This document shows positions 1 to 11,521 of a stretch of 64,000 nucleotides of DNA, in pieces; positions within the stretch are counted from its first letter, which is position 1; each line of letters begins with the position of its first letter. This DNA comes from Octopus sinensis (Eukaryota): NCBI RefSeq assembly GCF_006345805.1, contig NC_042997.1:11346001-11410000 (forward strand). The letters are read 5' to 3'. The position numbers and the translations under genes are program-made. The notes beneath the pieces were generated by a model. It ran no database searches. It was not told the origin of the DNA and worked only from the letters and a program-made list of their open reading frames with translations.

Positions 1-201
1 GATGGTAGCTATAGCAAAGTAAAGAAAGACCCAACTCTGAAAACAGAGAGTAAGTTGTCACAGATCTAGATCAAGAACAAGGATCACTTTACACCAATGA
101 AGTACAAACAACTGACTCAACACTACATTAAACTACCACACATGTACGGTCTCCCTAAGATTCACAAGGATGGCATTCCATAAAGGCTTATAATGAGCTG
201 T

Positions 202-590
202 GTGGAGGCGCAATGGCCCAGTGGTTAGGGCAGCGGACTCGCGGTCGTAGGATCGCGGTTTCGATTCCCAGACCGGGCGTTGTGAGTGTTTATTGAGCGA
301 AAACACCTAAAGCTCCACGAGGCTCCGGCAGGGGATGGTGGTGATCCCTGCTGTACTCTTTCACCACAACTTTCTCTCACTCTTACTTCCTGTTTCTGTT
401 GTACCTGTATTTCAAAGGGCCGGCCTTGTCACTCTCTGTGTCACGCTGAATATCCCCGAGAACTTCGTTAAGGGTACACGTGTCTGTGGAGTGCTCATCC
501 ACTTACACGTTAATTTCACGAGCAGGCTGTTCCGTTGATTCGGATCAACCGGAACCCTCGTCGTCGTAACCGACGGAGTGCTTCCATCCC
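202..590 (+). mobile_element. tRNA-derived SINE family A, young copy inside the Penelope RT
   Basis: A-box/B-box-like head TGGCCCAGTGG..GTTTCGATTCCC; 12-bp TSD ATAATGAGCTGT (190-201, 591-602). Confidence 0.9.
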
Positions 591-1649
591 ATAATGAGCT
601 GTAGAGGTTCGGCATGTCACCCACTAAGCCGCTTCTTTGTGGATATAATCAGTCCATTAGCAAGGAAGTCAACATCGTACGTAAAGAATTCCACCCACTT
701 CACAGAACTGAACAAGGATACCCCCATTGAATCTAACCAGATAGTGAGTCTAGATGTGATAAGTCTGTTCACCAAAGTCCCAACTGGTGAAACACTATCA
801 GTGATTCAAGAAAAAGTAGTGACAGACACCCATCTAAAAGAACGCACTAGTATACCAATAAGAAACTTAATGGAAACGTTGACCTTCTGTGTAGAAACTA
901 CCTACTTCAGTATGGACACTGATATATATCGACAAGAAGAGGGTTTAGCTATGGGATCACCAATTATGAAGAAAAGAGAGGATGAAAGCGATAAACTGTC
1001 CACAGTCTGTCTACCCTATGTGAAAGGCCTCTCCGAAAGGATACAAAAGATATGTGGCTCATATGACATCAGGACAGTATTCAAGAGTAATACAACACTT
1101 CGCAAATATCTCCTTCGAGTAAAACCACCAATAGAAGAGAATATGACCAAAAACTTCGTGTACTCCATCCCATGCAGCTGTGGTAGGTTATACAAAGGCG
1201 AAACATGCCGCCCCCTCAAAATAAGGTAAAGGAACATCGCAAAGCTGTGACAAGAGGAGATATTGATAAATCGGGTATAGCTGATCATGTATGGGAAAAT
1301 GGAGACCACCTCCCCCTGTGGGATGAAGGTAAAATAATAGACTGCGAACACCACTGGAAAATACGAAAACTAAAATAACCAGCACGTATGCTAGGACACA
1401 ACAACCTCCTAAGCAGGCCAAGTGCAGATATGAATAGCATATGGGAACCGGTATTAAGGAAGAATAGGAAAATATTAGATTTATAAGCCCTAAAATCCAC
1501 TCCATAATTGCCACTACGCCATATGCTCGTGTCACTAACGCTCTACGCGCGGGCCACTAACCCCAAGATTTCGAGTTCGATTCCAGGCAGTGACCTGAAC
1601 AACAACAACAATAATGACGACGGCGACAAATACCTTAGGAATGAGAACC

Positions 1650-1695
1650 CAGGTTCTGATGAAGCCTGGAGGGTATATCAGCCGAAACGTTGTGC
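1650..1695 (+). ncRNA. Damaged hammerhead core in the Penelope 3-prime region
   Basis: CTGATGA-A-gcctg..cagcc-GAAACGTT. Stem II has one mismatch and stem I does not pair in this copy. Confidence 0.4.
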
Positions 1696-2312
1696 TAACA
1701 ACAAACAAGATGAGGACAAATATCCGTCAAATGTAAATAAAGTACTGTTTCTACTTCGCGGAATTCACGTATCGCGAGGGTTTTTGGAACGTAACACCCG
1801 CGATAGTCGAGGGATTACTGTATTTCTTCTCATGTTTATTATAAAGCTTCACTCAAAATTAATTTGTGTTTAATTTTATAATGCCATGACAACAATTTAC
1901 CAAAAAATTTGATAGAAGGTAAAATGGGTGAAAAGAGGCGAAAATAATAGTATTCTAGGATATTAGGTCAACATTGCGTCAGAGTTAGCGTGAATGTACT
2001 TTTTTTCTTTCCTGGTTTCACTTTATGGATTCTACGATAATGTTACCACGAGGTCTGTTCTGTAAACACACTCACACATTCACACACACATACACATGAC
2101 CCTCTTTCAGGGTACTGCATATCCATGAAGTGGAAATAAAATATCTTAACTGTATGGTATTTAGAAATTACTCGATAGATATTGATATATGTGTTTGCAA
2201 GAATTAACCAATTCCGATATTTTAACAGGGAAATTTTAACAAAATCTGTACAGAAATTTTAATTACACCAATACCCAAACTCGTACGCACACGCGCAGAC
2301 GTTCATAAATAA

Positions 2313-2695
2313 CTGGAGGCGCAATGGCCCAGTGGTTAGGGCAGCGGACTCGCGGTCGTAGGATCGCGGTTTCGATTCCCAGACCGGGCGTTGTGAGTGT
2401 TTATTGAGCGAAAACACCTAAAGCTCCACGAGGCTCCGGCAGGGATGGTGGTGATCCCTGCTGTACTCTTTCACCACAACTTTCTCTCACTCTTACTTCC
2501 TGTTTCTGTTGTACCTGTATTTCAAGGGGCCGGCCTTGTCACTCTCTGTGTCACGCTGAATATCCCCGAGAACTACGTTAATGGTGCACGTGTCTGTGGA
2601 GTGCCCAGCCACTTACACGTTAATTTCACGAGCAGGCTGTTCCGTTGATCGGATCAACCGGAACCCTCATCGTCGTAAGCGACGGAGTGCTTCCA
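2313..2695 (+). mobile_element. SINE family A copy
   Basis: Near-identical to 202-590; TSD CATAAATAA (2304-12, 2696-2704). Confidence 0.9.
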
Positions 2696-3914
2696 CATAA
2701 ATAAGTCTCAATTGGTACTGACTTCTACATACGGCAGCGTTCACCCGGGTTGGGTCTAGCCAGCTCTGAGCAACGTGTTCATTGTTTCAGTACAGCCTAT
2801 ATAGGATTATACAGCAGGCCTAAACTATCGCCACCATTAATGCATCATTCGGGACGGACCGCATCATCTTTGTCCCCTAGCGCTTCCACTTCGTTCCAGG
2901 CAATGCTGACTCTAGGGAGGAAAGTAGTTCTATCTGAAAAAAACTAGTGCAGTTCTACACATGCTTCACAAACAATCAATTTTACGTGGAAGTCTGTTCT
3001 TTCTCGAGCCATGCCTGGCTCATAAGGGCCGGTTTCCTGGTTTCCTTGGCGTATAGGTTCCCCACCTGGACGGGACGCCGGTCTGTCGCAGGTGAGCTGC
3101 AAGATGCAGGAGGAAAGAGTGAGAGAAAATTGTGGCGAAAGAGTCAGCAGAAGTTCGCCATTACATTCTGCCGGAGCTGCGTAGAGCTTAGGTGTTTCGC
3201 TCATAAGCACACACATTACCCAGTCTGAGGTTCGAACCCGTGATCCCTCGACCGCGAGTCCGCTGCTCTAAAAACTAGGCCACTTACCTCCACTTACGCA
3301 GAAGTACTTCTTGGGAAATGCACTATGAGGGAAAACAAAAACCCTGCAGCAACAGGGATTAGCGTAGGCGTCTTGTGATACTGGTAGCTTCTTTTCCAAA
3401 TTATGGTGAAATGAAAGATTTGGCTGGTGTTACACATTCATATCTATGTGTTTGCGTATGCCAAACTACATCCCAACTCTTGGCACTATTTTGTTAGTGA
3501 ACAGTACAACTGTGTGTAAAGTATATAATGTATTACTACGCTGAATGTCGTCGTCCGTGTATCATGTAAAGTCAATAAACACGTAACAATAACAATGGTT
3601 TTCATTTGGTTGTCTATCCCATTAGAACGCAAACTACACATAACAGCTGGTAACTCGGATTGAGCGGCCTTTCCAAGGAAGCTATCGCTTATCTGTTAAT
3701 CAGAAACGATCTAGGAAGGTGGTCTTAGTAAAACTTGCTTAATTCTGGAACTGATTAGCAGCTTCTTGATTGCCTACATCCAGAAAAATCACGACTTCCC
3801 ATAAAGTACCCTGAAACGAGTTGACTTCTACTATGCCTGCGAGTGTCTGTGTGTGCAGGTATAAGTTTGTTGCATGTATGTTTGTGCGTATGTGCATGCA
3901 TGTATGTGTGCGTG

Positions 3915-3958
<44 letters not shown>

Positions 3959-4059
3959 ATCCAAACAAGAAAACACAGAAAAAAAGAGAAAAAAACACAG
4001 CAACGCAGGACGTGGAACAATTAAAGTATTATTGACGCTCAGGAAAGAAGGGAAGGAGG

Positions 4060-4094
4060 GTTTAACGTTTCGAGCGGAGCTCTTCGTCGGAAAC
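4060..4094 (-). ncRNA. Minimal hammerhead-like motif with C at core position U4
   Basis: Minus strand: gttt-CCGACGA-A-gag(ctccg)ctc-GAAA-cg-TT-aaac; stems I and II pair and stem III is the ACGT palindrome. Lies in a probable Penelope terminal-repeat fragment ~3955-4195. Confidence 0.5.
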
Positions 4095-4193
4095 AAGGAG
4101 AAGGAAAGATCCCAAGAAGGGAAGACAGAGGAAAAAATATTTGAGCTGGTGGTACTCAAGAGATCACATGTTGAAAGAACAGAAGTTGAGAGG

Positions 4194-4260
<67 letters not shown>

Positions 4261-4686
4261 TATACACACACACACACATAAACAGACGCGTATTATATGT
4301 AAGTATATGTATATGAAGCGAATCGCTTCCTGGATTCTTAGCCAGGATTCGAAACTTAGTCCAGATTTTTCTGTAAACTCATTTCCATTGTTCTCGGCAT
4401 TTACACTAAGAAGTTTACGAGTGTCAACTGGAATATTAATATTTAGATAAGCCCTATTTTTTCCTTAAAACACTTAGGTTAAATACACTTCAAAACCTGA
4501 TAAGAAAAGAATCTTTTGTTTAGCCTGACCTAATTTAAAATGGAAATATATTACAAATACAGGACCCATATTCAGTTTTTCTTTTTTTTACTCAGCACCC
4601 CGCCGAAGAACATCTCTTTTTTTTCGTATCTGACCCTCGCTGTCCCTGTCTGTCTGCCTGTCTGTCTGTCTGTCTGCCTACCTGCC

Positions 4687-4765
<79 letters not shown>

Positions 4766-4775
4766 CCTCACTCTC

Positions 4776-5230
4776 TAATTTCAACCAATCAATGACGTGT
4801 ATTCTGCTGAATAAAATTACTGCCGTTGTTTGTCAACAACAACTATCGGCGGTGACTTTTCGTTTGTCACTGTTATTTATGACATCGTTCGTGCGTTTGT
4901 ACTGGTTTTGGCTCGAAGGTTTTAGGGTTAGGGTTAGGGTTATAGGGTTGGGGTTGTCATAAATAACAATGACAAACGAAATATACACCGCCGGAAGTTC
5001 TTGTTGACAAACAACAACAGTAATTTTATTCAGCTGAATACACGGCATTGATAGGTTGAAATTACCGAAATACGACAACTTTAACGTGAAATAGCTTCGT
5101 AAATATAAGCTTTTCTCAAAAACGTGAAGAGTAAAAGATATTTTATATGACACATTCTACCAGTGTCCGAGGTTTGAAAGTGTTTAGTTACAAATAATAA
5201 TTTTTTAAAAATCTGTCGGTCAAAAGGTAA
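4776..5230. mobile_element. Fold-back element with (TTAGGG)n core, left arm truncated
   Basis: 4776-~4850 is the reverse complement of ~4995-5064; TTAGGG run at 4922-4952. One arm recurs at 25441-25715. Confidence 0.65.
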
Positions 5231-5901
5231 AGATCCAAAGTTTGGACACGGAAATAACTGTGAAAATATTTTCAGATCTTCAGTACATCGTAATTAAAAT
5301 GTTTGCTTTACACATGTTCAGCGGATATTCGCCAGTTTTACAGATTAACAGTGCCCTTCGAACTTTCTCTCGCCAAGCCACGCTCAATTTTGTTTGGAAC
5401 AAAAACCTGTCGAGAGCATTTGCCAGTAATACTATCTCCTTACATTAATGAGAGTACTTCAAGTTTGTTATGTCTGAACTGCTCTCTTTGGCTTGTATAA
5501 ACGTTATGTTTCTTCATTTGCAGTTTTTCTCCTCTCATTTTGAATATTTAAAATATACTTAGAATGGCGCCAGCAACTTTATAGCTCACTTGTTCTGCTT
5601 CCCGTTTGTAAGCAGGCAAGCAATATTATTTCTTTCGTATTTTCTTCTTCTTTTTTTTGTAGCTAGGCCAACCCCTCTTCATTATAATCGTATTATAGAG
5701 GTATTTTTCTTGCTCTAATAGTTTGGTTTAATTCAGCAAATCATAATTTCATGGTTACGTACGTATGTCTGTGTGTATGTATGTGTGTATATGTATGTAT
5801 ATGTATATATACATAAATATGACTGATGGTGTTAGAAACACCTACATTGCTAAAAATAAGAGATAAACGCTCTAATGCTGCAGTCAAAGCACATAATTGT
5901 A

Positions 5902-6411
5902 CAGTGATCCCTCGTTTATCGTAGTAGATTGGTTCCGAGACCGGCCGCGATAACTGAATTTCCGCGAAGTAGGGACACCATATTTATCGTATTTATTTAA
6001 CGTGTATTTGGGTTTTTAAAACCCTCCCTTTACTATTAACAACCCACCCATTACAGTAGTTTATTAATATCAAGGACAACTGTTAAGCAATAACACTTTA
6101 GATTAAAAAAAAATAAAGTTTGTTACTGTTACACAGGCCAGATTACAAAATAGAAAGCTGAGATTCGTCGTCTCTATCCATTGCACCAATCACAGCCCGT
6201 CTTAAGTTCAAATGCCCCTGTATATGCTTTTTTGTTATTTTCCGCTTGTTTTCTTGTTCCTAGACTAGGAAATAATATGTATTATTAATATTTTGATGGA
6301 TTTAATGAAAAATTTTAGGCGTCATAATATATATATATATATATATATCTTTAAAATCCGCGAAGTCGTGAATCCGCGATAGTTGAACCGCAAAGTAGCG
6401 ATGGGTCACTG
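5902..6411. mobile_element. Tigger/pogo-like MITE
   Basis: TA-CAGTGATCCCTCG...CGATGGGTCACTG-TA. A related 75-bp end fragment sits at 1745-1820. Confidence 0.8.
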
Positions 6412-7107
6412 TATATGTACATGCTGACAGAGACCGCTGGGCGATTACTGGCTGTCAGCACCCATGTATACAATTATGTGCTTTGACTGCGGCATTAGAG
6501 CGTTTAGTTCTTATTTTTGGTAATGTAGGTGTTTCAAACACCTTCAGTAACTCTTAATAACGGTTACAGTTTTCCTTTTTGGTAAACATTGCATACCGCT
6601 GTGTGTGTGTGTGTGTATATCAGGAGTGGCTTCCTGGTAAGTAGCTTGCTTACAAGTCACATGGTTTCGGGTTCAGTCCCATTGCGTGGCACTACGGGCA
6701 AGTGTCTTCTACTATAGCCTCGGGCCGACCAAGGACATGTGAGTGGATTTGGTAGACGGAAACTGAAAGAAGCCCGTCGCATATATGTATGTATATATAT
6801 GTATGTGTGTATATATGTTTGAGTGTCTGTGTGTCCCCCCCCATCTTTTGACAACCGATGGTGGTGTGTTTTCGCCACCGTAACATAGCGGTTCGGCAAA
6901 AGAGACCGTTAGAATAAGTACTAGGCTTACAAAGAATAAGTGCTGGAGTCGATTTGCTCGACTAAAGGCGGTGCTCCAGCATGGCCGCAGTCAAATGACT
7001 AAAACAAGTAAAAGCCTCTCTCTCTCTCTCTATATATATATATATGTATGCATATGTGTGTGTACACACACACAGACACACACACACACATATATATATA
7101 TTTATGC

Positions 7108-7162
<55 letters not shown>

Positions 7163-7277
7163 TGTGTATAGGTTTGCATATATACATACATATATGTATA
7201 CACATATATGGCAAATGTAAGACGGAAGATGGAATATACGAGAATTTATTATTAATCACGACAATTGATTCGACACA

Positions 7278-7328
<51 letters not shown>

Positions 7329-7335
7329 ATATATA

Positions 7336-7619
7336 TCACCGTGATCACCGTGACCGACCAGGCTATCAGATGTTGCTACACATCGCTGGTCACAATGCGC
7401 TTCGCATTGTTTTAGCCTTGAAATGACACCACCCAGCTGGCTAAGCGAGCAGACCAACAGAAGAAAGAGTGAGAGAAAGTTGTGGCAACAGAGTACAGCA
7501 TGGATCGCCACCACTCCCTGCCGGAGCCTCGTGGAGCTTTAGGTGTTTTCACTCAATAAACACTCACAACGCCTGGTCTGGGAATCGAAACCGCGAGTCC
7601 GCTGCCATTGCGCCTCCAC
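7336..7619 (-). mobile_element. SINE with family A head and tail B
   Basis: Same head on minus strand; tail shared with the partial copy at 9248-9446. Confidence 0.7.
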
Positions 7620-7772
7620 ACACACACAGACACACACACACAGACACACAGACACAGACACACAGACACAGACACACAGACACAGACACACAGACACACA
7701 AACACACTCATATAATAAATACACAGACATATATAAATGGAGTTAGACGCAGGTGTTATTCAAATTTTTTAA

Positions 7773-7859
7773 CTTCCGACATATGTTTCGAAGAAAACAT
7801 TGGTTTTTTCCAGCAGGAATAAAATGGTGTAAAACAATGCAATCTTCTCATCAGGGAAA
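7773..7859 (-). ncRNA. Type I hammerhead ribozyme motif, mirror copy on minus strand
   Basis: Reverse complement reads tttcc-CTGATGA-gaaga...tcttc-GAAA-catatg-TC-ggaag; all core residues present. Confidence 0.78.
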
Positions 7860-8327
7860 GAAAGAAACCAAACACATCAAAAAGACGTTTTAACAGATGT
7901 GATGGTTGCGTATATGATGAAGGGAACGCTAGCAGGTTGTTTTTTTTTTAAAAAAACTGTTTGTAGATATAACGTCAAAGGTAGTTTATAGAAAGAGGAG
8001 GAGGAGAAACATTGGCAAAAACATACCTTTCTTTCCTATAAGTGATTTCTACCATTCTATAAAATTCGATCTTTGACTGTCTGACTTCCATTAAGCATAT
8101 CTACTTCCATGCCTTGAAGCTTTATTCCTATTCACCTATCGCTCTATATCTCTCCACTATTAGTTTTCTGCTAATTTCTTTCTTTCCCCTCCTTCTCTTT
8201 CTATAAACTACCTTTGACGTTATAGCTACTTACGGTTTTTTTTTTAAAACTTGCTAGCGTTCCCTTCATCATATACGCAACCATCACATTCTGTTAAAAT
8301 GTCTTATTGATGTGTTTGGTTTCTTTC

Positions 8328-8414
8328 TTTCCCTGATGAGAAGATTACATTGTTTTACACCATTTTATTCCTGCTGGAAAATACCAATGTTTTCTTCGAA
8401 ACATATGTCGGAAA
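8328..8414 (+). ncRNA. Type I hammerhead ribozyme motif (Penelope-type), apparently intact
   Basis: Stem I TTTCC(8328-32)/GGAAA(8410-14); core CTGATGA 8333-39; stem II GAAGA..ACATTG/CAATGT..TCTTC; GAAA 8398-8401; palindromic stem III ACATATGT; GTC cleavage triplet 8407-09. Confidence 0.8.
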
Positions 8415-8568
8415 TAAAAAGATTTGAATAACACTTGCGTTTAACTCCATTTATTTATTTATCTATATCATACAAAAACGTTTCAACTAAAACTGGAGTT
8501 TCTACTTTTATAAATAGGCTGTTACGTCCTTGGTAACTATTTATTTTTTCCGTGTTATTTGTAAACAT

Positions 8569-8604
<36 letters not shown>

Positions 8605-9000
8605 GGAGGTGGGAATAGCACAGAAGCAAGTCTAAGACATTTCAATTTAAGAGGGAGTTTAATAAAAACATTATATAAAGAAAATATTACCGGTTTCGAT
8701 AACTCCCAGACAGAAGATTAACTGTTTTTACTTAAAATTTTCATAAATTTTTAGATACATCGAAATTGGTAATATTGTCTTTATATAATTTTTAAAATTA
8801 AACTCCTTCATAAATTGAAATGTCTTAGACTTACTTTTGTGCTATATCCGCCTCCATCTTATATATATATAAAAGTTTGATTTGTATAGATCTCTCGTAT
8901 ACATTATATATGTATATATATAATATATATATATATGAATGTATAAATGCATATATACATACACACACATATATATATATGTATAAAAGTATATATTAGC

Positions 9001-9054
<54 letters not shown>

Positions 9055-9605
9055 GTATGTTTGTATGCATATATAAGAGGTTTTTGCATAATAAGATAAT
9101 AAAAACCCAAGGCTGTGTAGATATTAGAGCATTTATAGATAGGTCTTACAGCTGTTTCTAGGATATTTATTTATAATATCCCTTAATCGGAGACGGTGTG
9201 AGAGGATAGTTAAGTCATAGTTAGTTTAGAATGTATATATACATATATCACGTGACCACGTGACTGACCAGACCAGACCATCAGATGTTGCTACACATCG
9301 CTGGTCACAATGCGTTCGCATTGTTTTAGCCTTCGAACGACGCCACCCCGCTGGCTAAGCGAGCAGGCCAACAGAAGAAAGTGGGAGAAAGAGTGGTGAA
9401 AGAGTACAGCTTTTTAGGTGTTTTCGCTCAATAAACACACACAACGTCAGTGTGAGACGAGCCGAGAATTATTTCACTCGTACCTTACAGAATTTATTTG
9501 GCACAATTGGACCGTTGGCAACAATCATTTCTGTCGAATATTACTACCAATTCGTGAAAAATATGCCTTATAATTTTTATTTGGTGATAAACTTCCTCAT
9601 ATGTA

Positions 9606-10896
9606 CGAGGGACGTTCAATAAGTAATGCCTCTGACCCACTTGCAGTTGTTTGATCTAGCTGAAATTTTGCATGTGTAATTATTTATATATCTATAGATT
9701 AAGTGGCAAATTAAAGCTCTGAATTAATTGTGGTTTCTGATTTACAGGTGTTTGAACTGAGTCAAGTGTGAAATGGAGCCTGTTGAGTGTCAAGCAGTGA
9801 TCCGGTTTTTGTATTTGAAAGGACGCACACAACGGGAGACTTTTGATGAAATGAAAGTAACTTATGGTGATGATGCCCCATCATATGACCTTGTAAAACG
9901 CTGGCATCGTGAATTCAAACATGGTCGGAACTCTGTGGAAACAGTTCCCAGATCTGGTCGCCCCCTTCTGCCATTGATGAGGCATCTGTCCGTCAAGTTG
10001 AGGCAGCCATTTTGGAAGATCGACGCATAACTATTCGCCTAATAGCCCATGAGGTTATGATTAGTACCGGATCTGTGGAAACTATCATTCATGACCATTT
10101 GCATATGCAAAAGGTGTCTGCCAGATGGATTCCCAGGCTGCTCACACCTTTCCAGAAGCAAGAACGCGTCGAGTGCTCGAGGATGAATTTGGAGATGTGC
10201 CAAGAAGATGAGTCAAAATTTTTCAAATGACTGATTACACAGGATGAAACCTGGGTCCATCAATATGATCCAGAGACCAAAGCCCAGTCAATGCAGTGGA
10301 AGCACCGTGACTCACCTCCTCCAAAGAAGGCAAGGGTGCAGCCCTCCACTGGCAAAGTCATGCTCACAGTCTTCTGGGATCAGGACGGAGTAGTGATGAC
10401 AGATTTCCTGGCAAAGGATACCACAATTACAGGAGCATATTATGCTTCACTTTTGAGGAAATTAAGAGAAGCTATCAAAATCAAGAGGCGGGGCAAGATC
10501 AGCAAAGACATCCACCTCCTGCAAGACAATGCTCCGGTCCACAACTCGCGTGTCGCCAGATCAGAAGCACAGGCGTGCGGCTATGAACTCCTCCCCCATC
10601 CCCCTACTCTCCTGACCTTTCACCCTCTGATTTTCACCTCTTCCCAGCCATGAAGTTGTTTTTGAAAGGAAAGCGTTTCCCAGATGATGCAGCCATGATT
10701 TCTGAAGTCACGTCGTGGTTGGAGGACCAAGCTGGGGTCTTCTACAAAAACGGTCTCCAGAGCTGCATCAAACAATGGGAGAAATGCGTAACTCTGGGTG
10801 GTTCCTATGTAAAAAAAGTCTAATAACTGTGCCAAGTTTCGTTGCTCTACTGCTATGGGAAGTGGGTCAAGGGCATTACTTATTGAACGCCCCTCG
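9606..10896 (+). mobile_element. Full-length mariner (DD34D) transposon with inactivated transposase
   Basis: 25-bp TIRs (CGAGGG[A/G]CGTTCAATAAGTAATGCC), TA duplication both sides, 1291 bp. WIPRLL, DETW, DNA, YSPDL..D with D34D spacing. Two frameshifts (~9965, ~10605) and one TGA (10228). Confidence 0.95.
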
Positions 10897-11202
10897 TATG
10901 TGCTTTATCATTGATAAATACTTGATTTTCTTCGCATTAATTTAAGCAAAGTTGTTTTCTTAATTTATTTTACGACGGTAAAATAGGAGACCGCCCTCAA
11001 GCAGGGTATGTATATGTGTGTGTGTGGTGGGGTTCCAAACATATACATTCACACACACACACACACAACACACACACACACATACATACATACATACATA
11101 CATAGATACATACAACGAACTTCCCCACACAGTGTCCGTCTACCAATTCTGCTTACAAGACATTGGTCAGTCCGGGTCTATAGTAAGATGCTTGTCCAAG
11201 AT

Positions 11203-11521
11203 GAGTACTACTTGAGAACAGTGGTCCCGGTGCGCGCACTCGCATACTCGCACATCCGCGCTAGCTAGTCATGACTAGTAGATCCTTACTTTGTGTTTTT
11301 GTGTTATTTAATTTATAAAAAAAATTATTTACTTTGTGTTTTTGTGTTTTATTTACTTTATTTAACAAATTTTATTTACTTTGTGTAAAAAAATTATTTA
11401 TTTTGTGTTTTATTTACTTTGCTAGCTAGTCGTTGTAGGATCGATTAGTCACGATTAGCTAGCGCGGATGCGCGACTACGCGAGTGCGCGCACCGGGACC
11501 ACTGTTCTCAAGTAGTACCTC
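11203..11521. mobile_element. CpG-rich MITE inserted in a SINE
   Basis: ~70-bp TIRs starting GAGTACTACTTGAGAACAGTGGTCCCGGTGCGCGCACTCGC. Flanks caagat/caaggt suggest a 6-bp TSD. Confidence 0.75.

Larger units (their letters stand above)
1..1745 (+). mobile_element. Decayed Penelope-like retroelement (RT + GIY-YIG endonuclease + 3-prime terminal region)
   Basis: YGLPKIHK, VKNS, SLDVISLFTKVP, QEEGLAMGSP, LPYVKGLSE, VYSIPCSCGRLYKGET motifs. Stops present and the YxDD region is deleted. Interrupted by a SINE at 202-590. Confidence 0.9.
7733..8454. mobile_element. Inverted-repeat element (two ~265-bp arms, ~200-bp spacer), probably inverted Penelope-like terminal repeats
   Basis: 7733-7997 is the near-exact reverse complement of 8195-8454. 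Each arm carries a hammerhead, and an AATAAA follows the cleavage site in the right arm. Confidence 0.7.

Noticed and set aside
205-280. tRNA gene calls for SINE heads
   Set aside because: A/B boxes are present but I found no complete acceptor stem, and each is fused to a SINE body with TSDs.
286-624. Recurrent 61-83 aa ORFs (MFIERKHLKLHEAPAG...) at 286, 2397, 50888 and 57333
   Set aside because: They recur only because they lie in SINE copies, and the frame differs between copies.
4922-4952. True telomere or fusion site
   Set aside because: Only a few hexamers, embedded in a fold-back repeat.
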